Positions 1 to 8,284 of a DNA stretch of 16,477 bases are shown here, piece by piece. The position numbers were made by a program, and so were the translations under genes. The notes beneath the pieces are model-generated. The model saw nothing but the letters and a program-made list of their open reading frames with translations. It ran no database searches and was not told the DNA's origin. Source of the DNA: Chitinophagaceae bacterium (GTDB lineage: Bacteria; Bacteroidota; Bacteroidia; Chitinophagales; Chitinophagaceae); contig JAYVRD010000295.1 in the NCBI GenBank assembly GCA_043776595.1, positions 1 to 16,477 on the forward strand, read 5' to 3'. How positions within the stretch are numbered: the stretch's first letter is position 1; each line of letters starts with the position of its first letter.

Positions 1-2311
1 TTTTAGTGCTATCAGTTACTACAAATGTTTTCTTTTCATCAAAGTAAATTTCTAAGTCTGTATTACTAAACAATGTCAATTCATAAGTTTTTCTTTCAAG
101 CTTTTTGTAGGTGATGCCTTCAATCATTAGGTATTGAAGTTTTTGTTTGATGACCTTCACTGCATTATCCAAAAACATTTGTGGGTTAATCAACAACTCA
201 TTTACACGACCTGACTTTTTTAGAATTTGAAGTATGGTATCTCTTGTTAATTCTGTTTTGTTTTGAATGTAGCCAAGTGCATCAGGAATATTAATTTTCT
301 TATAAAATACGGCTTCCCTTTCCCTCAAAATATTACCAGTAATACCTTCATCGGTAATATTCATTTTGTAGGTGGCAGACCTAACAGATGATGCTCTTGT
401 AATAGGCATTTGCAACTCATCTTTTATTGCTTTGGCAGCTTCTGTAATTAGTTCATCTGTGTAGTAGTTTACATTGTACTTGGTGTGGAATTTTATCTTA
501 TCCCATATCTGCAAAAACTTGGGGTCTATATCAAACCCTTTTCTATAATTCACTTTCTTTTTAGTGTTTTTATTCTTTGTTCTTCCTGTAAAATCTACCC
601 CACAATCCTGCTGAATTTCATTTTGCAATGCCCTAGCAAAATCTTCATAACTCTCGTTGGCTACAACCGTTAGCCTGTTTATGTTAACATCAAAAATTCT
701 TTGTCCTTCTTGGTTTACAGCCAATCGTAAACCCCTGCCAATTTCCTGTCTTTTCTTTATCTCACTTTTAGTTTCGTTAAGGGTGCATATTTGAAAAACA
801 TTGGGATTGTCCCAGCCTTCTCTTAAAGCAGAATGGCTAAAAATAAAACGCAGTGGGGTTTCTAAATCAAGCAGCCTTTCTTTATCCTGCATGATCAGTT
901 TATAGGTATCATCATCAGCCTGTGTTTCGCCACCTGTATCTTTTGCCCTTCCTTTATTGTCTTGCGAAAAATAACCATTGTGTACATCCGCAACAGCATC
1001 AAATTCTAGCCCTTTCTTTTTGGCTTCTGCGGTATAAATTTCTTCAAACCAATTGGCAAATTTTCCTTTGTTATCTATGGCATCATAATCACGATAATTC
1101 TTTACCTTATCAATAAAAAACAATGACAGTACTTTTATGCCCTTGCCCTTAAATATTTTCTCTTTTCTTATATGCTCTTCTACCGTTTTTTGAATCATGA
1201 ACTTCATTACTTCATCATTCATTCCCCCTTGCGATTCACCTACAGAAAGTGAAATACCATTGGTTAAAGTAATGGTGGTGTTGGCAGCATCTACTTCATC
1301 TATTATAAAGCCATCTTTATACATTTCTCTTTTGTTGCTTAGGTCATACAAGTCTGCACCTGCCCTTGCAGTAAATGACTTTTTTTGAACGCCTGATTTT
1401 GTGTTGCAGTCTATCTTAATTTTTACTGTAACTCTAGTGCTTGTGGCAGTAATCGCTTCTACTTCAATAAAAGATTCATTCAAAGCATTTTCATTCAACA
1501 GACTATCTACTTCTATTTGTTTTACCAACCCTAAATCGTATGCTTTTACAGGGTTTAGTGAGTACATAAGATTATACAAGTTGGTATGTGTTGCTGAGTA
1601 CCTAAGTGTGCAAAGTGGGGCAAGTTTTTCAATGGCTTTTTTTCTTATGTCTGTTTCCATGTTTTGTGGTTCATCCACAATAACAATAGGCTTAGTGCTT
1701 TGTATAAATTCAATAGGTTTTTTACCAGTTAGTTTGTCATTGGCTTTGTTAATGATGTTATCATCTTTGGCAAACGAATCTATATTTATTACCAATACTT
1801 GAATGGCATTGCCAGAAGAAAAGCTTCTTAAGTTGGATACTTTTTTACTATCGTAAATATTAAAGCTGATGGGTGTTTTATTGTACAAGTTTTGAAAATG
1901 ATCGTGTGTTATTTGCAAGTTTTTTAACACACCTTCACGAATGGCAACAGACGGCACAACAACTACAAATTTCTTAAAGCCATACAGTTTATTTAGTTCG
2001 TAAATCGTTCTTAAATAAACGTAAGTTTTACCTGTGCCTGTTTCCATTTCTATGGTAAAATTCATCCCCTGCAATTCAGTAGTAGGATTTTTAATTTCAT
2101 TAATTTGTTGAATGGCTTTTACGTTTTCAAAAACCTGTTCTTCACTTAAAGTAAGGTTGTTACCAAAGCCATTTTCAGTAAGTAATGCACCGCTTGAATT
2201 TGCTACAAACTCAAAATCGCTGCTACTTAAATCCTGCCCTTCAAATATGGCAGTGATAGCTTTTATAGCATCTTGTTGGTAGGGTTGGTTACTATCAAAG
2301 TGAAGTTTCAT
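1..2311 (-). CDS. res: Type III restriction enzyme Res subunit (helicase/endonuclease), C-terminus off-window
   Basis: Not in the ORF track. Manual reverse-complement translation from ATG (2311..2309) gives 770 sense codons down to position 2 with no stop. N-terminus is MKLHFDSNQPYQQDAIKAITAIFEGQ. Walker A is EMETGTGKT (~2024-2046). DExH-like motif II is VDEPQN (~1664-1678). Motif VI-like is SHSALREGWDNPNVFQ (~800-838). It lies 64 nt downstream of mod on the same strand, the usual mod-res order. The expected PD-(D/E)xK nuclease domain would lie beyond the window edge. Confidence 0.9.
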   Translation of the reverse strand, partial: MKLHFDSNQPYQQDAIKAITAIFEGQDLSSSDFEFVANSSGALLTENGFGNNLTLSEEQVFENVKAIQQINEIKNPTTELQGMNFTIEMETGTGKTYVYLRTIYELNKLYGFKKFVVVVPSVAIREGVLKNLQITHDHFQNLYNKTPISFNIYDSKKVSNLRSFSSGNAIQVLVINIDSFAKDDNIINKANDKLTGKKPIEFIQSTKPIVIVDEPQNMETDIRKKAIEKLAPLCTLRYSATHTNLYNLMYSLNPVKAYDLGLVKQIEVDSLLNENALNESFIEVEAITATSTRVTVKIKIDCNTKSGVQKKSFTARAGADLYDLSNKREMYKDGFIIDEVDAANTTITLTNGISLSVGESQGGMNDEVMKFMIQKTVEEHIRKEKIFKGKGIKVLSLFFIDKVKNYRDYDAIDNKGKFANWFEEIYTAEAKKKGLEFDAVADVHNGYFSQDNKGRAKDTGGETQADDDTYKLIMQDKERLLDLETPLRFIFSHSALREGWDNPNVFQICTLNETKSEIKKRQEIGRGLRLAVNQEGQRIFDVNINRLTVVANESYEDFARALQNEIQQDCGVDFTGRTKNKNTKKKVNYRKGFDIDPKFLQIWDKIKFHTKYNVNYYTDELITEAAKAIKDELQMPITRASSVRSATYKMNITDEGITGNILREREAVFYKKINIPDALGYIQNKTELTRDTILQILKKSGRVNELLINPQMFLDNAVKVIKQKLQYLMIEGITYKKLERKTYELTLFSNTDLEIYFDEKKTFVVTDSTK

Positions 2312-2341
2312 TGTAAAGCTATAATTGAAATTCGATGATGA

Positions 2342-2374
2342 AATCCTATAAGGTTTTGGAAACCTTATAGGATT
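2342..2374 (-). promoter_or_regulatory. Perfect 15-bp stem / 3-nt loop hairpin between the mod stop and the res start
   Basis: aatcctataaggttt (2342-2356) and aaaccttataggatt (2360-2374) are exact reverse complements. The hairpin starts 1 nt after the mod TAA (2376-2378 on +). No strong U-tract follows it on the minus strand. Confidence 0.6.
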
Positions 2375-2375
2375 C

Positions 2376-4247
2376 TTAAATGGTTTTAAAATCAATGCCA
2401 GCATCGCTCATTTGCAAAGCTGTATTGGTTTTTAACTGGTCGTTGCTTTTAAAAAGATGGTCGAGCATGATTACTTTTTTAGGGTTAGATGCAATGATGG
2501 CATCAACCATTGCTTGGTTAATTGCTTGCAAGGCAATAACAAGTTCACCATCTTTTACTGCGTAATAGTTTTCTTTAAAAGCTACCTTTTCTGTAAGTGT
2601 GTAACCAGCTTTTAGCATCAGTTCATACAGCATATTATTAGGTTGGCTTTCCTCTCTAACAGGGTTGGCAAAAGCATCTAATTGTGCAACTAAGTTTTCT
2701 TCTGTTATATCGTTGCCACGCCAAATTTTAAAATTTGAAGGGGACAGTTTAAATGATTTAAAACCCAAATCGAGTTTGCCATTATCAAACATATCTGGCT
2801 TTGCTGCCTTTTCTTTTTCTATTTTTTTTATAACCCTTCTTATTCTTTCTTGTGTAATATCTGCAATGGTTTTATAGCCTGCTTTAAAGGCTTCGCTACT
2901 TTCATCACACACTTCAGGAAGTTGAACAAGGATGAATTTTCGATTGCCTCCATCTTCTTGGTTTAAATCTAAAATAGCTTGGGCCATAGTACCAGAACCT
3001 GCGAAGAAATCAAGGATAATGTCTTCGCTAACCTTTTTTGAAACTAACTTAATTAGTTTTTTTGTTAAGTCTATAGGCTTAGGAGTTTCAAACACATTGT
3101 TTTCCAGTAACTTTTTTAAAGTCTCTTTAGCTAGTTGAGTGGAGCCTACTTCTTCATTTGGCAACACAGAATTTGTTATGATTCCTTCTTTTACTTCTGA
3201 TAAGTATTTCTTTAACCTTGGGATATTATTTCCAGTTTTTCCAAACCACAATCTACCTTCTTCATAAGCTTTAAACAAAGAGTCTTTAGAAAGTCTAGGA
3301 TAAGTTCCATCAACAGGTTTCCATGTAACTCCATTAGGAAATGAGGCTTCATATACTTTAGAGCCGCTTTTTGCTTGCAATGCAACACTTGTCCATCTAC
3401 CTCGTGGATCATTATCTGGATTTTCATATCTATCTAACTGCTCTTGATTTCTCTCAAGAAGATTAAAGTCTTGAAGTCCATTATTTTTGAAATAGGCAAG
3501 AATATATTCATGATTTACTGATACATTCTTTGCATCATTTTGCACTACATTCTTTTTAATCCATATAAATTCACAAACAAAATTCTCTTCCCCAAAAATT
3601 TCATTCATCAATAATCGCAAATTGTGTACTTCGTTATCATCTATATGCACAAAAATTACCCCATCCTCTTTTAATAAGTTTTTTGCTAAAAACAAACGTG
3701 GGTACATCATGCTTAACCAGTTGCTATGGTAATGCCCACTGTCTTTACTGTTTTTTCTAAACAGCCCTTCTTTCATTAATAAGCCTTCTTCATCTTTATC
3801 TCCAATGCGTTTATCGTAGTCGGCTTTGTTTTCCTTAAAACTATCGGGGTAAATAAAGCTATCGCTGCCAGTGTTATAAGGTGGGTCTATAATAATGCAC
3901 TTTACCTTGTTGTAATAACTTTTTTGCAGCACTTTTAATACCTCTAAATTCTCGCCTTCAATAAATATATTTTCCGTTGTATCAAAGTTGATACTCTGTT
4001 CTGGCATGGGTTTCAACGTACCAGTTGTAGGTATTTGCAGTGTTTTAAAAGCAGCTGCTTTGCCTGCCCAGTTTAGGGTGTAGCGTTCGTTATTAAAATT
4101 GATATCGTTACTAAATGCAGCTTTGAATTTTTCAAAATCAATTTTGCCTTCTGAAAAAATATTAGGGAAAAGGGTTTGGAGTTTTTCCAAATTATCCTCA
4201 GTTATGTTTAGCGATTCACCGTTTAGCATTACAAGCAGTTGTTGCAA
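2376..4247 (-). CDS. mod: Type III restriction-modification DNA methyltransferase Mod subunit (N6-adenine, beta-class)
   Basis: Motif IV IIDPPYNTGSD comes N-terminal to a variable central region, followed by AdoMet motif I DFFAGSGTMAQA. This is the circular permutation typical of Type III Mod. The track start at 4247 is TTG. An in-frame ATG at 4229 (MLNGESLNITEDNLEKLQTLFP...) is an equally plausible true start. Confidence 0.9.
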   Translation of the reverse strand: MQQLLVMLNGESLNITEDNLEKLQTLFPNIFSEGKIDFEKFKAAFSNDINFNNERYTLNWAGKAAAFKTLQIPTTGTLKPMPEQSINFDTTENIFIEGENLEVLKVLQKSYYNKVKCIIIDPPYNTGSDSFIYPDSFKENKADYDKRIGDKDEEGLLMKEGLFRKNSKDSGHYHSNWLSMMYPRLFLAKNLLKEDGVIFVHIDDNEVHNLRLLMNEIFGEENFVCEFIWIKKNVVQNDAKNVSVNHEYILAYFKNNGLQDFNLLERNQEQLDRYENPDNDPRGRWTSVALQAKSGSKVYEASFPNGVTWKPVDGTYPRLSKDSLFKAYEEGRLWFGKTGNNIPRLKKYLSEVKEGIITNSVLPNEEVGSTQLAKETLKKLLENNVFETPKPIDLTKKLIKLVSKKVSEDIILDFFAGSGTMAQAILDLNQEDGGNRKFILVQLPEVCDESSEAFKAGYKTIADITQERIRRVIKKIEKEKAAKPDMFDNGKLDLGFKSFKLSPSNFKIWRGNDITEENLVAQLDAFANPVREESQPNNMLYELMLKAGYTLTEKVAFKENYYAVKDGELVIALQAINQAMVDAIIASNPKKVIMLDHLFKSNDQLKTNTALQMSDAGIDFKTI

Positions 4248-4288
4248 GCATTGCTTAGGTTTTAAGAATTAAGCAGAAGAAGGGGAGC

Positions 4289-4435
4289 AAAAAAATAGGT
4301 GCAATCCTCCGCTTATAATCCACCTTAGAAAGGCACCTAGGAGAGCCCAGAAAGAATAGAATACAGCAAAAGGATGCACCCGTTGTGGATGCATCGCTTG
4401 AACTGTTTCCTTCTTTCTGTGTAAAATTTCCTAGG
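4289..4435 (-). ncRNA. Candidate structured RNA or leader element in the mod/obg divergent spacer (strand and function uncertain)
   Basis: Nested complementary pairs: cctagg 4336-4341 / 4430-4435; cagaaagaa 4349-4357 / ttctttctg 4411-4419; acag 4363-4366 / ctgt 4403-4406; gatgca 4373-4378 / tgcatc 4390-4395. A second hairpin is taggtgc 4296-4302 / gcaccta 4333-4339. On the minus strand it is followed by T7 (A-run 4289-4295 on +). The region is visibly GC-richer than its flanks. No match to any RNA family that I can recognise by eye. Confidence 0.35.
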
Positions 4436-4495
4436 TTTTATCTAAGAAGAAACTTGTCAGCAACGCTATGCGTTAAATAATATGTTTTACTGCTT

Positions 4496-4503
4496 CAAAA
4501 CTA
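4496..4503 (-). promoter_or_regulatory. Candidate Bacteroidota -7 box TAGTTTTG facing mod
   Basis: Exact match to TAnnTTTG on the minus strand (caaaacta on +). If used, it gives a ~240-260 nt 5' leader containing the structured element. The motif is short and expected by chance several times per window. Confidence 0.3.
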
Positions 4504-4587
4504 AAAGAAAAATGGTTGGGGCTGTTAAAAAACCTTAGCTGGTATTTGCACAACGGCTATCAGCAATTGCTCTAAAAAACTATTAGT

Positions 4588-4595
4588 GTATGTTT
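4588..4595 (+). promoter_or_regulatory. Candidate Bacteroidota -7 box TATGTTTG for obg
   Basis: Exact TAnnTTTG match 24 nt upstream of the in-frame GTG at 4619. It lies inside the 5' extension of the track ORF, which argues that the extension is not coding. Confidence 0.4.
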
Positions 4596-4618
4596 GCAAG
4601 CAACATTACCCAATACAA

Positions 4619-5626
4619 GTGTCAGAAAAAAACAACTTTATAGATTACATACGCATCTTTTGTCGTAGTGGCCATGGCGGCCCTGGTGTAAAGCATTTTA
4701 GGCAAGATAAACTTACCAGCATGGGTGGGCCAGATGGTGGTGATGGTGGACGAGGTGCACATATTATTCTTAAAGGCAACAACCAATTATGGACGTTGCT
4801 ACACCTACGTTACTTTAAAAATGTACTAGCAAAAGATGGCGAACGTGGGGCAAAACAAAACCGAAGTGGTGCAGCTGGCGAAGATATTATTATAGAAGTA
4901 CCATTGGGTACTGTGGCTAGAAACGAAGAAACAGGAGCTATAGAAGCCGAGATTTTAGAAAATGGACAGCAAGTTATTTGGCTAAAAGGTGGTCGTGGTG
5001 GTTTGGGTAATCAGCATTTTGCTACCCCTACTAACCAAGTACCAGAACATTGCCAACCTGGTGAACCTGGCATTGAAGGATGGCGACAATTAGAGCTAAA
5101 AGTATTAGCCGATGTGGGTTTGGTGGGCTTTCCCAACGCTGGTAAATCTACTTTACTATCGGTAATTACAGAAGCTAAACCCAAAATTGCCGACTATGCT
5201 TTTACTACCCTTACTCCACAGTTGGGTATGGTAGCCTATAGAGAAGACAAAAGTTTTTGCATTGCCGATTTGCCAGGTATTATAGAAGGTGCTGCTGAAG
5301 GCAAGGGTTTAGGTCATAGGTTTTTACGCCATATAGAGCGTAATAGTTGCCTATTGTTTTTAATACCTGCCGATAGTGCCAATCACAAAAAAGAGTTTGA
5401 TGTTTTGTACAACGAATTGAAGGAGTACAATGAAGAATTACTACAAAAAGATTTTATAATAGCCATTAGCAAAAGCGATATGCTGGATGATGAATTGAAA
5501 AAAGAAATAAGCAAAGAGTTGCCTAAAAATATTCCTCATTTATTTATTTCATCGCTTACCAATACTGGTTTAATAGAATTAAAAGATGCCTTGTGGCAAA
5601 CACTTAATAAGCCTGCTGCACAATAG
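4619..5626 (+). CDS. obg: GTPase Obg/CgtA
   Basis: Obg fold glycine-rich N-domain ([27 protein letters not shown]). G1 is [10 protein letters not shown]3 is [10 protein letters not shown]4-like is ISKSD. The track ORF starts at GTG 4586 ([11 protein letters not shown]). I prefer the in-frame GTG at 4619 ([17 protein letters not shown]...), which matches the usual Obg N-terminus. Confidence 0.92.
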   Translation: MSEKNNFIDYIRIFCRSGHGGPGVKHFRQDKLTSMGGPDGGDGGRGAHIILKGNNQLWTLLHLRYFKNVLAKDGERGAKQNRSGAAGEDIIIEVPLGTVARNEETGAIEAEILENGQQVIWLKGGRGGLGNQHFATPTNQVPEHCQPGEPGIEGWRQLELKVLADVGLVGFPNAGKSTLLSVITEAKPKIADYAFTTLTPQLGMVAYREDKSFCIADLPGIIEGAAEGKGLGHRFLRHIERNSCLLFLIPADSANHKKEFDVLYNELKEYNEELLQKDFIIAISKSDMLDDELKKEISKELPKNIPHLFISSLTNTGLIELKDALWQTLNKPAAQ

Positions 5627-5633
5627 AAAATTA

Positions 5634-5852
5634 TTTTGGTTACCAGCTGTAGACTATGAATTGGACTTCGGTTGCGTCGCACACTTCAACATTTTAACTT
5701 TGGTGGGCAAAGGAATACAAAGGTTAGATTGTTGTGAAATTTGTAGTTTCTTCTCGTTCTTCCTGTTCCTTCTAAAGTTTCATAGATATTCATGGCTTAA
5801 CATGTGCGACGCCACCGCAGCTTAATAGATATACTACTGCTGGTTACAAAAA
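5634..5852. repeat. Copy 1 of a ~200-bp inverted-arm repeat family (left arm degenerate)
   Basis: Core arms are cggttgcgtcgcaca (5669-5683) and catgtgcgacgccaccgcagct (5801-5822). They are complementary with one mismatch over 15 nt. Compared with copy 2, the outer 5 nt of the left arm are gactt instead of agctg. It shares with copy 2 the interior blocks attttaa(a)ctttgg and atagatattc. It also shares the flank blocks agctgt.ga.ta (left) and tgctgg(c)tta..aaaaa.cta (right). It ends 3 nt from the GH18 stop codon. Confidence 0.8.
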
Positions 5853-5854
5853 AA

Positions 5855-6904
5855 CTAATATGGTCTGCCAATAGTATCACATACTGCTTTTAGTAGTGCG
5901 TTATTATCGTTGGTGTCTTGTCCCATTTCCCACATCATAATGCCGTTGGCTGTATTTTTTGCCAGCATGGCTTTCTTTTTTGTGGTGGGAGTACCGTTGT
6001 AGTAAATAGTATACGTTTGTCCAGCAGCAGTAACTATAGCACTATCGCTATTGGCACTTGCCCCTTGTGCTAATATACCACTATAAGTAAGCACTGTACC
6101 TGTTTGTGTAATGCCACTTGGCCTACCATAAGCAGGAAAGCCCAATACTGTTTTAGACGCTGGCATACCACGGGTTGTCATCCAATAATTTAAACAAGTT
6201 TGTGCAAGGGTTAAATCGCTATGCTGTTTGTAAGGTACTGTGGTATTAAAATCGTCGTATGCCATAATATTAAAAAAGTCAACATAGTTGCCTGTCCACA
6301 ATTCACTTTTTACAGCATCTCTTATTCCGCCTGCATACTTGCCAGCTGTAACAGCTGTAGTTAGATAATATTTAGAACCAAGGTGGCAACTATCGCTTAG
6401 TTCTTTCATAAGCGATGTGTAGGTAAGGTCTGTACCATCGCTAGTGGTAGGAAATTCCCAATCAATATCTACTCCATCAAGGCTATTGTTGCGTACTACT
6501 TGCATGAGTTGAGTAATAAAACTCGTTCTTCCAGCGGTAGTGGTGGCCATATTTTTCCAATCGGTAGTGCTGCCATTAACACTTATAAAAACTTTGGCTC
6601 CATTTGTTTTTGCTTTGGTACGCACAGCAGTAAGATTAGTAGGTACTAAAACATTGATGCCACCAGTACTGGTAACACTTGCAAAAGCATAATTAATTAC
6701 GTTGCACATTCTAAACTTATTGTCTGGCATTACCGATGGATCTCTATAACTAGGAAAGTAGCCAACCACATAATAGCCAAAGGCAGGTGGGGGTGCTATT
6801 ACTAAAGGTGGTATAACTGTACCACCAGTACCTGTATCTGTTTTTTTAGAACAAGCAAAAAGTACAATAGAAAAAAGGGCAGCTAAATAATATATCTTTT
6901 TCAT
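5855..6904 (-). CDS. Glycoside hydrolase family 18 lipoprotein (chitinase / endo-beta-N-acetylglucosaminidase-like)
   Basis: Lipoprotein signal MKKIYYLAALFSIVLFAC. The GH18 catalytic DxxDxDxE motif is intact in LDGVDIDWEFP. The downstream MAYDD motif is present. Confidence 0.85.
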   Translation of the reverse strand: MKKIYYLAALFSIVLFACSKKTDTGTGGTVIPPLVIAPPPAFGYYVVGYFPSYRDPSVMPDNKFRMCNVINYAFASVTSTGGINVLVPTNLTAVRTKAKTNGAKVFISVNGSTTDWKNMATTTAGRTSFITQLMQVVRNNSLDGVDIDWEFPTTSDGTDLTYTSLMKELSDSCHLGSKYYLTTAVTAGKYAGGIRDAVKSELWTGNYVDFFNIMAYDDFNTTVPYKQHSDLTLAQTCLNYWMTTRGMPASKTVLGFPAYGRPSGITQTGTVLTYSGILAQGASANSDSAIVTAAGQTYTIYYNGTPTTKKKAMLAKNTANGIMMWEMGQDTNDNNALLKAVCDTIGRPY

Positions 6905-7044
6905 GCAAGCAAGTTTATGAAAGTTGAAATTACTTAATTAAACTATTTGTTGGAAGAAAATTATTGGATCTTAAGCTACAAGACTACTATTTAACCTCTT
7001 CATCTGCTGGGCTGGATTTGTTTTTTTATATAATACAACACTCG

Positions 7045-8202
7045 CTACTTTGCCTTCTTCAAAAAATCTTTTATGCCTAAATAAATTTGTTTGGCTACTT
7101 GCTTATGAAATTTAGGGTTGATTATTTTTTGTTCATCTTCTTCGTTACTTAAAAAAGCAATTTCCACTAAGCAATTAGGGAAGTCGGTTGGTGCGTTTAA
7201 TGCAAAATTAAAATTACCAATATTGCCAAACTCCTTTAAGTCTAGCTCCAGCATTCTATTATTAATATGGGTAGTTAGGTTTCTGTAGCCAATATGTTTA
7301 TAGTAGGTGCTTACACCCTGCACTTCTGTTTTGCTAGATGAGTTTAAATGTAGGCTAATGAGTATGTCTGGCTTTTGTTCTTGTAAAAATAAAACCCTGT
7401 CTTTATTATCTATGGTGGTATCGGTTGTTCTCACCATTACTACTTCAACTTTTTTCTTTTGTAAATATTTTTGTAACTCTAATGCAAACTCAAGAGTAAA
7501 GTTTTTTTCTTGCATTTTTGTTTTAATACCAGTAGCACCATTGTTGGTACCACCATGCCCAGCATCTAGAGCAATCACTAACTTTTTTATATTTAAAGAG
7601 GTAGGCTTTTGCTTAATTTTTATAGTTAAGGCTTTGCCTTTATACCCAACGGAGTAGCCCCAATGTTGTTGATGAATTAACTCAATGGTTACTCTTACAA
7701 CATCATCTTCGGCTTGGTTAAAATAAATATTCTTTACCTCTTTGGTGCTTTGTAGTTGTGTTATCCAATTGGTATTGCTTTGTACACCATACAATTCTAG
7801 CATTATTTTACTGGGGCCAATTTCCATCCAACTTTTATAGGGCAAGCGTTCATCCATACTTATAGATACCACATCATATCCTTCTTCATTTCCTTTTACA
7901 CTCCAAGAGTTGGTGAGGTAAAATGGTTTTTGCTTAGCCAGCGTATCGGCTTTTACATAATTTCTTTCAATGTATGCGGTATGAAATTTTGAAAGCTGTA
8001 CTTGATACATTTCTTTGGTGGAGTCTATAACTTTTAAAAGTATATTAGTATCTAAGTAGCCCAGCTTTGTACCCCCTAACCTATCCTCTCCTAAGCCATA
8101 ACTAAGCATCGGCAGTTTGCCTTTGCTTCTTCCTAGCCAAAAATTATTTTGTGCAGCCGATTGAAACGAAAACAATACAACAACGATTAAGATTTTTCTC
8201 AT
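7045..8202 (-). CDS. N-acetylmuramoyl-L-alanine amidase (Amidase_3 family) with a ~200-aa N-terminal domain
   Basis: Signal peptide MRKILIVVVLFSFQSAAQ. Amidase_3 hallmarks LDAGHGGTNNGATG, SLHLNS and LVEIAFLSNEEDE are in the C-terminal half. Confidence 0.85.
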   Translation of the reverse strand: MRKILIVVVLFSFQSAAQNNFWLGRSKGKLPMLSYGLGEDRLGGTKLGYLDTNILLKVIDSTKEMYQVQLSKFHTAYIERNYVKADTLAKQKPFYLTNSWSVKGNEEGYDVVSISMDERLPYKSWMEIGPSKIMLELYGVQSNTNWITQLQSTKEVKNIYFNQAEDDVVRVTIELIHQQHWGYSVGYKGKALTIKIKQKPTSLNIKKLVIALDAGHGGTNNGATGIKTKMQEKNFTLEFALELQKYLQKKKVEVVMVRTTDTTIDNKDRVLFLQEQKPDILISLHLNSSSKTEVQGVSTYYKHIGYRNLTTHINNRMLELDLKEFGNIGNFNFALNAPTDFPNCLVEIAFLSNEEDEQKIINPKFHKQVAKQIYLGIKDFLKKAK

Positions 8203-8284
8203 GAGCAGCGGTTAATTGATAAAAATAGTAAACTGACACGGTAAAACAAAACATAGGTTTATAAAAACGAGGTGGATACATCTT

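Noticed and set aside
485-1802. Four plus-strand track ORFs (485..673, 922..1116, 1197..1388, 1401..1802)
   Set aside because: All lie antisense inside the uninterrupted 770-codon res frame. They are low-complexity or hydrophobic shadow ORFs with no recognisable motifs.
2822-2829. T8 (A8 in mod sense) homopolymer inside mod as a possible phase-variation tract
   Set aside because: Eight A/T residues are common in an AT-rich coding sequence; here they encode a KKIEKEK stretch. I saw no long G/C tract and no tetra- or pentanucleotide repeat array in mod or res, so there is no evidence for a phase-variable switch.
2380-3427. Track ORFs inside mod (2380..2565, 2665..2877, 2932..3138 on plus; 3212..3427 on minus, out of frame)
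   Set aside because: They overlap the strongly supported mod CDS, have no motifs, and are typical AT-rich shadow frames.
4256-4440. 9-nt direct repeat taggtttta (4256-4264 and 4432-4440) flanking the structured element, as a possible target-site duplication
   Set aside because: An exact AT-rich 9-mer recurring within a 370-nt spacer is roughly expected by chance, and no terminal inverted repeats sit next to it.
4260-4460. Possible known housekeeping RNA (SRP/4.5S, 6S, RNase P, tmRNA) in the mod/obg spacer
   Set aside because: I could not find the diagnostic conserved strings: the SRP GGAA-tetraloop with AGCAGC motif, the RNase P GAGGAAAGUCC, or the tmRNA GGGGCUGA with a tRNA-like end. A 6S-like fold cannot be excluded by eye, so the region is reported only as an unclassified candidate.
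5586-5825. 79-aa plus-strand track ORF
   Set aside because: It overlaps the obg 3' end out of frame and runs through repeat copy 1. It is an artefact of the repeat's relatively GC-rich sequence.
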